NCBI GenBank assembly: GCA_024653945.1
Contig: JANLIT010000002.1
Location: 80,255 to 144,254, forward strand
DNA from: Candidatus Campbellbacteria bacterium
GTDB lineage: Bacteria > Patescibacteriota > Minisyncoccia > Phycocordibacterales > EsbW-18
Direction of reading: 5' to 3'
DNA length: 64,000 bases
Made by a program: the position numbers and the translations under genes. The notes under the pieces are model-generated. The model was given only the letters and a program-made list of their open reading frames with translations, was not told where the DNA came from and searched no databases. Below, piece after piece: positions 17,790 through 27,764 of this stretch (its first letter is position 1; the number at the start of each line of letters is the position of its first letter).

Positions 17790-20042
17790 ATGAAAAGCAA
17801 AACATTTGAGGTGGCCTTTGGTAACAAGACCCTCTCCGCAGAGTTTAACGACCTCGCCATGCAGGCGAACGGTTCGGTGATTGTTCGCTATGGCAACACC
17901 GCCGTTCTTGCAACTGCAGTCATGGGTTCAAAGGAACGTGAAGGACTGGATTATTTTCCTCTCACCGTTGATTACGAAGAAAAGTTTTACGCTGCGGGAC
18001 AAATTCTTGGAGGCAAGTACATGCGCCGAGAAGGGAAGCCGTCGGATGAAGCAATTCTCTCTGGTCGCGCAGTGGACCGCACAGTGCGTCCGCTCTTTGA
18101 CCAGCGTTTGCGTATTGAGGTGCAAGTTGTCACGACCATTCTTTCAATTGGAGAAGACGACCCAGATGTTATTGCCATTCTTGCAGCATCTCTCGCACTC
18201 AGCGTGTCAGATATTCCATGGGCAGGACCAGTTGGTGCAGTTCGTCTTGGGCGAACACCAGACGGCGCGTGGATAATTAACCCAAACTACGAAGAACGCA
18301 AAACAAATGTGCTTGATTTGCTTGTATGTGGTGCACAACAAAAGGTGAACATGATTGAAACGGGTGCACACCAAGTTTCTGAAGACATTATTATTGAAGG
18401 ACTCACCAAAGCAGTTGAAGAAATTACAAAACTTGAAACATTCCAAAACAATATCATCAAAGAATTAGGAAAAGAGAAAAAAGTATTCACATTTCCAACA
18501 CTCACCGATGCTACTCTCGCACTTTTTGAAAAAGAAATCACACCACAACTTACAGATGCCGTGTTCTGTGGTATTTCTGGTGGAGAAAAAGTTGGTGAAC
18601 TACACCACGCATGGCATGAGCTCCTCAAAACAAGTGCACCCGAGGAAAGTCGTGAACTAGCAGACTTATATTTTGAAGAAAAAGTTGAAGCGGTGTTTGA
18701 CGTTGGAATTCTTTCAGGTAAACGACCTGATGGACGCGACTTTGATACAGTTCGAGAAATCTACACACAAGCAGGAGGCGTTGCGCCAATGCTTCACGGT
18801 GCGGGTGTCTTCTACCGAGGTGAAACACACGTGCTTGCAGCACTCACGCTCGGTGGTCCTGAAGCGGTACAAGAAATGGAAGGGATGGAGGTCAAAGGCA
18901 AAAAAAGCTTTATGTTACACTACAATTTTCCTCCGTACTCAACAGGTGAAACGGGGCGCATGGGTGGCACTAACCGCCGCATGATTGGTCACGGAGCACT
19001 CGCAGAAAAAGCACTCTCCGCCGTTATTCCTCCAAAAGAGCAATTCCCATACACCATTCGTATTGTGTCAGAAGTGATGTCATCAAACGGTTCATCATCA
19101 ATGGGTTCCGTGTGCGGAGGAACGCTTGCACTTCTTGATGCGGGTGTGCCTATTCTTGCCCCTGTTGCAGGTATTGCGATGGGAGTAGTTATTGAAGAAA
19201 TATCAAATGACAAATCACAAATAGCAAAGTATAAGGTGCTTACGGATATTCAAGGACCGGAAGATCACTACGGTGACATGGACTTCAAAGTTGCAGGAAC
19301 GCGCGACGGTGTGACCGCAATGCAAATGGATGTGAAAGTTGCTGGAGTTCCACTTTCTGTTTTTCCAGAAGCATTTGAAAAAGCAAAAAAAGCGCGTCTC
19401 TTCATTTTGGATAAAATTGCAGAGACATTACCAACACACCGTGCAGAAATGAATGTACACGCACCACGTATTCTCGTCACAAAGATTAAAAAAGAATTTA
19501 TTGGTGCAGTGATTGGTGGCGGAGGAAAAACAATCAACCAAATCCGTGAACTAACCGGAACAGAAATTACGATTGAAGAAGATGGAACGGTCTTCATCAC
19601 AGGAAATGTTGAAGGGGCAGAGAAAACAAAGAAAATTATTGAAGGGATTGCGCGTGAGTATCTTGTTGGAGAAAAGTTCGAGGGTGTTGTCACACGCATC
19701 GCAGACTTTGGTTTGTTTGTGCGCATGGGCGATGAAAGCCCATTATCTGGAATGAAGGACACTGAAGGACTCGTGCACATTTCTGAAATTGCACCGTTTC
19801 GTCTTGCATCAATGGACGGTGTTGCAAATGTTGGAGACAAAGTACCCGTCATCATCAAAGAACTTGGTGAAGAAGGAAAAATTAAACTCTCTATCAAAGA
19901 TGCTGATCCTGAATTTGCCGTACGCAAAGGTTTGAAAGAGGGAACTTCCGCTGGAGGAGATTTCCGTTCAGGTGGAGACCACCGACACAGTTCTGGAGGA
20001 TACCGAGGTGGTTCAAGCCACCACAGCGGGCCACGGAGATAG
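17790..20042 (+). CDS. pnp: Polyribonucleotide nucleotidyltransferase
   Basis: FPLTVDYEEK, RPDGR, SNGSSSMGSVCG, GDMDFKVAGT, KH and S1 domains. Confidence 0.97.
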   Translation: MKSKTFEVAFGNKTLSAEFNDLAMQANGSVIVRYGNTAVLATAVMGSKEREGLDYFPLTVDYEEKFYAAGQILGGKYMRREGKPSDEAILSGRAVDRTVRPLFDQRLRIEVQVVTTILSIGEDDPDVIAILAASLALSVSDIPWAGPVGAVRLGRTPDGAWIINPNYEERKTNVLDLLVCGAQQKVNMIETGAHQVSEDIIIEGLTKAVEEITKLETFQNNIIKELGKEKKVFTFPTLTDATLALFEKEITPQLTDAVFCGISGGEKVGELHHAWHELLKTSAPEESRELADLYFEEKVEAVFDVGILSGKRPDGRDFDTVREIYTQAGGVAPMLHGAGVFYRGETHVLAALTLGGPEAVQEMEGMEVKGKKSFMLHYNFPPYSTGETGRMGGTNRRMIGHGALAEKALSAVIPPKEQFPYTIRIVSEVMSSNGSSSMGSVCGGTLALLDAGVPILAPVAGIAMGVVIEEISNDKSQIAKYKVLTDIQGPEDHYGDMDFKVAGTRDGVTAMQMDVKVAGVPLSVFPEAFEKAKKARLFILDKIAETLPTHRAEMNVHAPRILVTKIKKEFIGAVIGGGGKTINQIRELTGTEITIEEDGTVFITGNVEGAEKTKKIIEGIAREYLVGEKFEGVVTRIADFGLFVRMGDESPLSGMKDTEGLVHISEIAPFRLASMDGVANVGDKVPVIIKELGEEGKIKLSIKDADPEFAVRKGLKEGTSAGGDFRSGGDHRHSSGGYRGGSSHHSGPRR

Positions 20043-20230
20043 GCGAGAAGAAAATATCAAATAACAAATACCCAATTTGCACAAAAAACGGCTCAGGTGG
20101 GCTGTTTTTTGTGCTTCTTGTCTGCAAGATAACAGTAATACTTGACAAATATTATTATTTATGTATAATGGAGTTTGGACATACCCAACCCGAGTATTCC
20201 ACTTGAGTTGGTTCGAGAACGGGGGGAAAA

Positions 20231-20416
20231 ATGACATCTAGTAGAATTTTTGTCGTCGGTGGGGGACTGTTCTTCGTTATAGGTTGGGTAGCGAACCTCT
20301 TGATCGACAACGACACAAACCACCCCGCCTATGGTGTCGTGTTGGCTCTCCTGATTTTGGGGGGTACCTTCATTGTCGCGGGGGTGAGTTCGAGAACTTT
20401 TTGGGGTAAACAGTAA
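20231..20416 (+). CDS. Small two-TM protein (paralog of 29193-29381)
   Basis: TTGACA-N16-TATAAT promoter, conserved leader hairpin, terminator. Confidence 0.65.
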   Translation: MTSSRIFVVGGGLFFVIGWVANLLIDNDTNHPAYGVVLALLILGGTFIVAGVSSRTFWGKQ

Positions 20417-20630
20417 ACGCAGACAGAAACAACCCCCAGCCGCCCAAGAAAGTCGCCCGTGCGTCTTTCACGGGCGGCTTTTCTTTTTCTCAAAACGTAG
20501 CCCCGCCTCTTACAAGAGGCGGGGCTACTTACCACTTATTTTTTATAGTTGTATAAAAAAGACCAAACTGGTATTGTCTCGGCAGAGTTGTTCGTTGACA
20601 GGGTAACACTACCCAGAAAGGGACTGGTTT

Positions 20631-22220
20631 ATGAACAATGGTGTCCGCAGATTCGTTTTGTTGGTTTTGGTGGCGTCGCTTTTTCTGATGCAACCCGCCG
20701 TTGCACAAGTGCCGACGGTAACGCCAACACTGACGTTCAACAATCCACTGATTCACCCGTTCGGCCAGCACGTGCTTCACCGAGACGGATGGGACCGCTA
20801 CTTGATGTATTTTTCTATCAACAGTGCGGTACGACACGGAAAGCCTGTTGGTGAAGACTTCACACCCGGCGATTCTGGCACGTACAATACTGCGTGTCAT
20901 ACGTGGTGGGCAGATCGCATTTGGCTCACGTGGAGCTTCGGCGACGGAAAAGACCCATCGGGTTGGAATCAGAATGATGGATACGGAAATACTCCGCCCA
21001 TTTTACTTCTCAACATCGGGGGTCAAGACATCGACGGTGATGGTGTCATGGAGTATGAGGGAGTCGGTGAGCAGGCACTCATCGGCGATCCGTATGTGGT
21101 CTACTGGAACAATCAGTGGCACATGTACTATGAAGGAACCTCAAACTGTGACACGAGCGACGGCATGCTCTTCCACGCAACGGCCGACCACTGGTTCGGT
21201 CCATGGATAAAGAGGGGTCCTGTGAATGGACTTCTCGGCTCTCATGCAAATAGTGGATTGGCGTGGGCAACTGTTTTGCTTGATGAGGGTAACCTCTATC
21301 TGTACTACACGGACGGCAACGTGAGTCTGCGCGCGGCCACGGCATCTGACACCACCGGCCAGAACTTTGTATCTCAAACGATTCCGGTCATTGGACAAAT
21401 GATGTCTCGTGGACATGTGGTAAAAGTGCCTGGAGGCTACAAACTCATCTACGATCTCTTTGTTGGTCTTCCGGTTGTTACTGAAATGCGGTCATCGTTC
21501 TCGATGAATCGATTTTCTTTCCCCGTTGGAGTGAAGATACTCTCCTCAAAGCCCGACTACTTCGGATTTTCCGACACAGGTATGGGGCTACCAACATACT
21601 TGAAAGTTGGAAACGAGGAGCGGGTATATTTCACTGGCCACACGTATTCAGAATCACAGTGGCCGGGTTGGGAGGTCTCGCAAATATGCGTTGCTGTTTT
21701 GGGAACGCAAATTGAGCGACTCTCAAACGGTGGTTTTGAAACAATCACAGCAAACACCAACACTGCTCCTGATGGCTCGTGGATGCGGTACCGATACACA
21801 GGTACCAACTCCAACGTCCTCGTGGCAAACTCTGGAGTTGCCCGTAGTGGAGCTGATAGTGTCCGCCTTGGTGTCAATAACTCGTCGTCGCAGACACTTG
21901 ATCACGTGGCGATAGTAATTCCTGCAAACGCGACGAGTGCGATTCTTAGTTTCTGGTTGTCGGTTGCAACGAGCGAAACTGGCACAACTGCCACGGACAC
22001 TCTCAGTGTGAAGATTGCAAACGCAACTGGCACAGGCACGCTGGGAACGGTGCTCACGTTCAGTAATCGGAGCAATCCAAACGAGGGGTACTTTTTGAAA
22101 GCAGTTGATGTAACGAGATTCCGTGGACAAACCGTCAGGGTTCGATTTATCGGAGCAAACAACTCGACGAGACCTACAGAATTTCGAATTGACGACGTGA
22201 GTCTTACATCAGATGAATAG
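20631..22220 (+). CDS. Secreted protein, probable beta-propeller glycoside-hydrolase-like domain plus C-terminal beta-sandwich
   Basis: Signal peptide; GDPYVVY..WHMYY and LYLYYT blade motifs; LSNGGFE...FRIDDVSL C-terminal module. Confidence 0.65.
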   Translation: MNNGVRRFVLLVLVASLFLMQPAVAQVPTVTPTLTFNNPLIHPFGQHVLHRDGWDRYLMYFSINSAVRHGKPVGEDFTPGDSGTYNTACHTWWADRIWLTWSFGDGKDPSGWNQNDGYGNTPPILLLNIGGQDIDGDGVMEYEGVGEQALIGDPYVVYWNNQWHMYYEGTSNCDTSDGMLFHATADHWFGPWIKRGPVNGLLGSHANSGLAWATVLLDEGNLYLYYTDGNVSLRAATASDTTGQNFVSQTIPVIGQMMSRGHVVKVPGGYKLIYDLFVGLPVVTEMRSSFSMNRFSFPVGVKILSSKPDYFGFSDTGMGLPTYLKVGNEERVYFTGHTYSESQWPGWEVSQICVAVLGTQIERLSNGGFETITANTNTAPDGSWMRYRYTGTNSNVLVANSGVARSGADSVRLGVNNSSSQTLDHVAIVIPANATSAILSFWLSVATSETGTTATDTLSVKIANATGTGTLGTVLTFSNRSNPNEGYFLKAVDVTRFRGQTVRVRFIGANNSTRPTEFRIDDVSLTSDE

Positions 22221-22445
22221 TCACAGCACAGTGCCGAGCGATACCCTTTGGGTTCGCTCGGCTTTTTTATTTCCCAAAACGAAGTCCCGCCTCTTGTAAG
22301 AGGCGGGGCGTTTCTATTTTCTTTTCCCGACGTTTCGGTCGGGACCCCGACCGTAGCGTCGGGGCTACTTACTACATTCTACTTATTATTTTCTTATTCT
22401 TTTTTGAGTTTTGGATTTCACATTTTAGTTTTATACTATTCATAT

Positions 22446-23942
22446 ATGGTTGAACCATTTCAAAACGATCCGTCCTTTGGACTTCCTCCAGAAATTCCAA
22501 CAGGAACTTCCACTCCTGTTCCAGATGAAGTTGTTGTCACACCACCACCTGTTGTAAACAACACCATTCTTCCAGAACACAAACATGCAGCTACACCGAG
22601 ACAAACCCTCATTGATGTTCTTGGTCCTGAAGCCGTTTCAACATCACCAAACACGCCAACCTTCCAACCAATTCATACAGATATTCCAAAACCAGCACCA
22701 GCCCCCGCACCAGCTCAAGAGCAAACATTGCCAACCATTGAAGAGCCCCCATTTGAACGCGCCGTTCCACTAAAAACAGTTTCGTTTGGTATTCCGACAG
22801 AGCAAACACAACCTAAACCACCTGTTGAAGAAAAACCAACAGTGTCACAGCCAGTCACACCTCCCACACAAAATACACCACCACAAACTCCACCAACCAC
22901 CGCCGTAAGTGAAGCTATTCGTCGTGCATCTATCCGAACACTTGAATCGGACGCAGCAGAAACTATTCATAGTCAAAACCTTTCCGTTTCAAGTATTGCA
23001 CTCGCCCAACAACAAAAAGAATCAGAGAGAGCGGTGCGCGATATTCTCCCTGAAGAAAAGTCGGGTACCATACCATGGGTTCTTGGTGGTGTTGGTCTCG
23101 CAGTTCTTGGTGTCATCGTCGTAACTGTCGCATACCTCATGCAAACACAGGCCTCTGATGCACCAGTCACGGTGACTCCAGCAAATGCACTTATTCCTGG
23201 TGTTGAAGAAACAACACTTGATGTAACAGACATGACGCGAACAAAACTTTCTCAAACGCTGTCCGCACTTCCTTCTGCATACGCACAAAAAAGTGGTATC
23301 TCCCTCGTACGGCTCGTCACCTATGTTGAACAAACAGATACCGACGGAAAAGTGATGCGAGTTGTACAAGACATGTTGCCAGAAGATTTTTTTCAAACAC
23401 TTTCTGCGCGCAACACTGACCGCCTCGAACGCTCTCTCGGCAAGCTCACCTATTTCGGTATTGTGTCAAAGGGAGGAAAGGTATCTCCTTTTCTTGCGTT
23501 TGAAGTAGTGTCATACGAATCAGCATTTGCTGGACTTCTTGAGTGGGAGCCGGCACTTCCGGAGGACATCTCATTTATAGTTCGCGCGCCAGCGTCTCTT
23601 CCACCACCCCCCGCGCCAATACTTCCCCCCGTTTCTACAACAACACTCGGCACCGCATCAATCCCGACGTCCCAAGGAGTCGGGACTTCGACCTCTTCTC
23701 CGAAGAGCGTCGGAGCAACACTGGCGCCACAACCAACGGTCGTCAGGGTCACGTCCTCCGCCGTACCAATTTTTAAAGACTTGTCTGTAAAAAACAAAGA
23801 CACACGAGCGTATATTGGAGAGGATGGTATGGTACGTATTCTGTATTCGTTCCTCTCCCAAAAACTGCTCATTGTTGCCCAGGACGAGGAAACTCTTACT
23901 GCTATTATTGATTACATCTCTACCGCCCGTTTTTCGGGGTAG
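22446..23942 (+). CDS. Proline-rich single-TM hypothetical protein
   Basis: Pro/Thr-rich N-terminus, TM segment, SAFAGLLEWE...FKDLSVKNKDTR C-terminus; start reassigned past the repeat-derived extension. Confidence 0.8.
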   Translation: MVEPFQNDPSFGLPPEIPTGTSTPVPDEVVVTPPPVVNNTILPEHKHAATPRQTLIDVLGPEAVSTSPNTPTFQPIHTDIPKPAPAPAPAQEQTLPTIEEPPFERAVPLKTVSFGIPTEQTQPKPPVEEKPTVSQPVTPPTQNTPPQTPPTTAVSEAIRRASIRTLESDAAETIHSQNLSVSSIALAQQQKESERAVRDILPEEKSGTIPWVLGGVGLAVLGVIVVTVAYLMQTQASDAPVTVTPANALIPGVEETTLDVTDMTRTKLSQTLSALPSAYAQKSGISLVRLVTYVEQTDTDGKVMRVVQDMLPEDFFQTLSARNTDRLERSLGKLTYFGIVSKGGKVSPFLAFEVVSYESAFAGLLEWEPALPEDISFIVRAPASLPPPPAPILPPVSTTTLGTASIPTSQGVGTSTSSPKSVGATLAPQPTVVRVTSSAVPIFKDLSVKNKDTRAYIGEDGMVRILYSFLSQKLLIVAQDEETLTAIIDYISTARFSG

Positions 23943-23977
23943 ATTTTACGGAAAAAACCTGCTAAGATGCCCCTCAT

Positions 23978-24340
23978 ATGACACACATAACCGATGAGCA
24001 ACTAGCTCACTTCAAACAAGTATTAACCGACGAAAAGACGCGCCTTGAAAGCGAGCTTTCAAACGTAGGTATTAAAAATCCAAACAAAGCAGGGGATTGG
24101 TCACCTGTCGTCGACGAAGCTATTGACGCTTCAACTTCAGACAAAAACGAACTTGCAGACAAATTTGAGGATTTGGAAGAAAATACTGCTATTTCAGACA
24201 CACTTGAGATGCAACTCAAAGAAGTTGCTGACGCACTCGCACGAATTGAAAACGGCACGTATGGAGTAGATGAAAATACAAATGAACCAATTCCTGTTGA
24301 CCGCCTCGAAGCAAATCCTTCAGCACGAACGAATATTTAA
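23978..24340 (+). CDS. dksA: DksA/TraR family protein (cysteine-free)
   Basis: ALARIENGTYG...IPVDRLEANPSART. Confidence 0.8.
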   Translation: MTHITDEQLAHFKQVLTDEKTRLESELSNVGIKNPNKAGDWSPVVDEAIDASTSDKNELADKFEDLEENTAISDTLEMQLKEVADALARIENGTYGVDENTNEPIPVDRLEANPSARTNI

Positions 24341-24448
24341 ATAGTAGCCCCGACGCTATGGTCGGGGTCCCGACTGAAACGTCGGGAAAAGTAGAAAGCA
24401 AAAAGAAAAACCGCGAGCCCTAAAGCTGGCGGTTTTTGACGAAAGAAC

Positions 24449-24835
24449 TTAGTAATCTCGTCTATGACGCTCGTCATAGCTCGCGAAGATGCTGTGCCAA
24501 TCAAAAACAACTTCCTCCAACAAAAGTAGAAGGTCATTCTTGGAAGGGTGGTTGTGAATGTAATTTTCTTCCCCACACACAGGGCAACGAACATGACACA
24601 CACCCACCCCGGAAGGAGTCCAATAATCACCTCCAGAGCAACTAAAAGGTGAAACATAATTCATCTTCTGAATGAATGCCCACTGGTGGAGGGGTCGACG
24701 ACTGTTACACCTCTGACACTTAAAGTTGAATTTGCGAGCAATGTTGAGCTTCTTGGAGCGCGCTTCCCTAAGAGCTTCGTTGAGTCGCCTCTCTTCTGCG
24801 TTGACCTCTCTAAACAACTTCGCAACGTTGGTCAT
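24449..24835 (-). CDS. Hypothetical Zn-finger protein (orphan cassette)
   Basis: TAAGGAG SD; CQRC and CPVC motifs; SCSGGDYW. Confidence 0.7.
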   Translation of the reverse strand: MTNVAKLFREVNAEERRLNEALREARSKKLNIARKFNFKCQRCNSRRPLHQWAFIQKMNYVSPFSCSGGDYWTPSGVGVCHVRCPVCGEENYIHNHPSKNDLLLLLEEVVFDWHSIFASYDERHRRDY

Positions 24836-24957
24836 GTGTGTCTCCTTAGCAAGCAACAAATCTATCGCGAGTGTATACGCTCACTACCACATAGTCAATT
24901 TAAAAAGAAGCCCGCCATTCTTTGAAAGAATGGCGGAGTTTTTTGGTGCTGTGTTGT

Positions 24958-25200
24958 TCAACCGTCAGAATCGTACCAAATAAGTTCATTTTGGTCTAAG
25001 GGCGGTGGAATAATCTTCGCGCCCTTGCGGTAATCTTCTAGAGTTATACCAACCATTACGCGCAACGTTCCGTCGTGTTGTACAACAATGTCAATTCTCA
25101 GAAACGAGAGGTCTCTCTGAGACAGTTGCCACGCAATCTGTTCGGCAATCTGCTCTTGGTTCATGGGACCGACGACCACATCAACCAGTCCATCTTTCAT
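24958..25200 (-). CDS. Hypothetical protein (orphan cassette)
   Basis: AAAGGAG SD, TTGACA promoter at ~25264, hairpin at 24905-24945. Confidence 0.6.
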   Translation of the reverse strand: MKDGLVDVVVGPMNQEQIAEQIAWQLSQRDLSFLRIDIVVQHDGTLRVMVGITLEDYRKGAKIIPPPLDQNELIWYDSDG

Positions 25201-25414
25201 GATTTCTCCTTTCGAGTCTGTACGAATCTACACAAAACATACTCGCAAGATACATTACTGTCAATTTTTCTTTCTACTTTTTACATACTACTGATTTTAT
25301 CCTTGGTATTTGTTTCGAATTTCGATATTCGGATTTTCATTGGTTATTGTTACTTGGCCCTTGGTTATTCCAAGATTTTATCCTTCCTTTATCTCAAAAG
25401 GATAAAATCTTGGC

Positions 25415-26977
25415 GTGTCCTTCGCAAAAGTATACAGTGCCCAAACGTCTCTACTCGCGGCTCATATTATTTCCGTCGAGGTGGATGTTTCTAATGGTCT
25501 TCACGCGTTTTCAATTGTGGGACTTCCTGACAAGGCGGTTGAGGAATCTCGCGACCGCGTATCTGCCGCAATAAAAAATAGCAATTTTGAATCGCCCAAA
25601 AGTCGCAACCAAAAAATAGTTATCTCTCTTGCACCGGCCGATATCAAAAAAGAAGGGCCATTGTTTGATGTTGCCATTGCACTTGCATATCTGCGTTCAC
25701 AAGACGATATTCGTTTTAATCCAGAGAAAAAATTATTTCTCGGTGAACTTTCTCTTGATGGGGACGTTCGGCGCATCAGTGGTGTTCTTCCTCTTGTTAT
25801 CAAAGCACAACAAATGGGTTTCACGGAGGTGTTTGTGCCAAGCGACAACACGGCAGAGGCTGCGCTTGTTCGAGGGATTTCCGTGTTTGGTATACGCACA
25901 CTCAAAGAACTCATTGTTCATCTCAATGAAAAGAAAAATCCTGATGATGACGGTAATGATATTCCTAAAATAAAAATACCAACAACACCCGAGACAGAAT
26001 ACATTCCAACGGTTGCACAACACAGTATTGATTTCTCAGATGTGCGCGGACAAACAACGGCAAAACGCGCTCTAGAAATCGCCGCCGCAGGCGGACACAA
26101 CATCGCACTGTGGGGTCCGCCCGGTACAGGAAAAACACTCCTTGCAAAAGCACTCGTGGGTATTCTTCCACCACTCTCATTTGATGAAATGTTAGAAGTA
26201 ACAGCGATTCATTCTGTTGCAGGATTACTTAAAGAACACACCGTCACACACCCACCGTTCCGCTCACCTCACCACACGAGTTCATATGTTTCACTCGTTG
26301 GTGGGGGTGCATTTCCAAAGCCCGGAGAAATTACGCTTGCACATCGTGGTGTTCTTTTCCTAGATGAATTTCCTGAATTTGATAGGCGCGTGATTGAAAG
26401 TTTGCGACAACCACTTGAAGACCGCGTCGTGTCTGTTGCTCGCGTCCGCGGAAGTGCGCAATTTCCTGCAGATACACTCTTGGTCGCCGCACTCAACCCT
26501 TGTCCGTGCGGTAAATGGGGAAGTGGGCGCGCGTGCACCTGCTCACCCCATATTCTTCTTCACTACCAACGGAAAATATCTGGACCAGTGATGGATAGAA
26601 TTGATTTGTGGGTTGAGGTTGCACCGGTTGAACACGCGGACCTTTCTCGTGGAGGGGACGGTGAAGCAAGCGCTGTTGTGCGAGAACGTGTACTGTCTGC
26701 GCGAGCTCTACAGACAAAAAGATTTGAAAACACTACCCGTAGAAAAAACAGCGATATGAATGTGCGGGACCTAGATATATTCACGCCTCTCACAAAAGAG
26801 GTCCGCGACATTCTCAACACATCAGCAAAAAAGTTGGACCTCTCAGCACGTGCGTACCATCGAGTTATTAAAATTGCACGCACCATTGCCGATTTAGAAA
26901 ATACAGAACACATAGAACGCCATCACATTCTTGAAGCGCTCCAATATCGTCCGAAAATGTTTGGAGCTGGAATGTAA
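25415..26977 (+). CDS. comM: YifB/ComM Mg-chelatase-like AAA+ ATPase
   Basis: IVGLPDKAVEESRDRV, GPPGTGKT, PFRSPHH, LFLDEFPEF, NPCPCG. Confidence 0.95.
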   Translation: MSFAKVYSAQTSLLAAHIISVEVDVSNGLHAFSIVGLPDKAVEESRDRVSAAIKNSNFESPKSRNQKIVISLAPADIKKEGPLFDVAIALAYLRSQDDIRFNPEKKLFLGELSLDGDVRRISGVLPLVIKAQQMGFTEVFVPSDNTAEAALVRGISVFGIRTLKELIVHLNEKKNPDDDGNDIPKIKIPTTPETEYIPTVAQHSIDFSDVRGQTTAKRALEIAAAGGHNIALWGPPGTGKTLLAKALVGILPPLSFDEMLEVTAIHSVAGLLKEHTVTHPPFRSPHHTSSYVSLVGGGAFPKPGEITLAHRGVLFLDEFPEFDRRVIESLRQPLEDRVVSVARVRGSAQFPADTLLVAALNPCPCGKWGSGRACTCSPHILLHYQRKISGPVMDRIDLWVEVAPVEHADLSRGGDGEASAVVRERVLSARALQTKRFENTTRRKNSDMNVRDLDIFTPLTKEVRDILNTSAKKLDLSARAYHRVIKIARTIADLENTEHIERHHILEALQYRPKMFGAGM

Positions 26978-27018
26978 TAACAAATTTCAAATGACAAATA
27001 GCAAATGACAAACAATAT

Positions 27019-27558
27019 ATGAAAGCACTTACCTTAGAAACACTTGCGGAACGAATTTACTTCATTCGCAATAAACGAGTAATGACCGATAGTGATTTGG
27101 CAGAATTATATGAAGTAACAACAAAAGTACTCAACCAAGCAGTCCGAAGAAATATGGAGCGTTTTCCAGAAGATTTTATGTTTCAACTCACCAAAGAGGA
27201 GAACTTGATATTCCAAAGTGGAACATCAGGTTCTAGATATTTGAAGTCACAGTTTGTGACTTCAAGGTCGTGGGGTGGCCGACGCAAGCCAGTGTTCGTA
27301 TTTACTCAGGAGGGAGTTGCCATGCTTTCTGGAATACTTCGTAGCCCAAGGGCGGTGCAAGTTAATATTGTCATTATGCGCGCATTTGTGCATCTTCGGG
27401 AAATACTTTCCACACACAAAGAGCTTTTGCAACGACTTATCGAGCTAGAGAAAAAATACGACGAACGGTTTAGAATTGTGTTTGAGGCAATTCAGCAGAT
27501 GATGCGCGAACCAGACCCGCCAAGACATCCAATTGGATTTCAACCAAACACCAAATAG
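27019..27558 (+). CDS. ORF6N domain DNA-binding protein
   Basis: DSDLAELYEVTTKVLNQAVRRNMERFPEDFMFQL...FTQEGVAMLS...IGF. Confidence 0.92.
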   Translation: MKALTLETLAERIYFIRNKRVMTDSDLAELYEVTTKVLNQAVRRNMERFPEDFMFQLTKEENLIFQSGTSGSRYLKSQFVTSRSWGGRRKPVFVFTQEGVAMLSGILRSPRAVQVNIVIMRAFVHLREILSTHKELLQRLIELEKKYDERFRIVFEAIQQMMREPDPPRHPIGFQPNTK

Positions 27559-27764
27559 TTTTGAATTTTGATATTTGAAATTGGTCATTAAGCATAAAAA
27601 CCGCCATCACTGGCGGTTTTTATGCTTTGGGTATTTCTAGATCAAAACCCGTAGTGCGTGACCCCACTCACTACCGGCTCCACCCTAGAATTTCTTTACT
27701 GTTTTTCTCATGTGCTTTCTACTTTCTACCTACATACTATCTACTACATACCAGCTACCATTCT

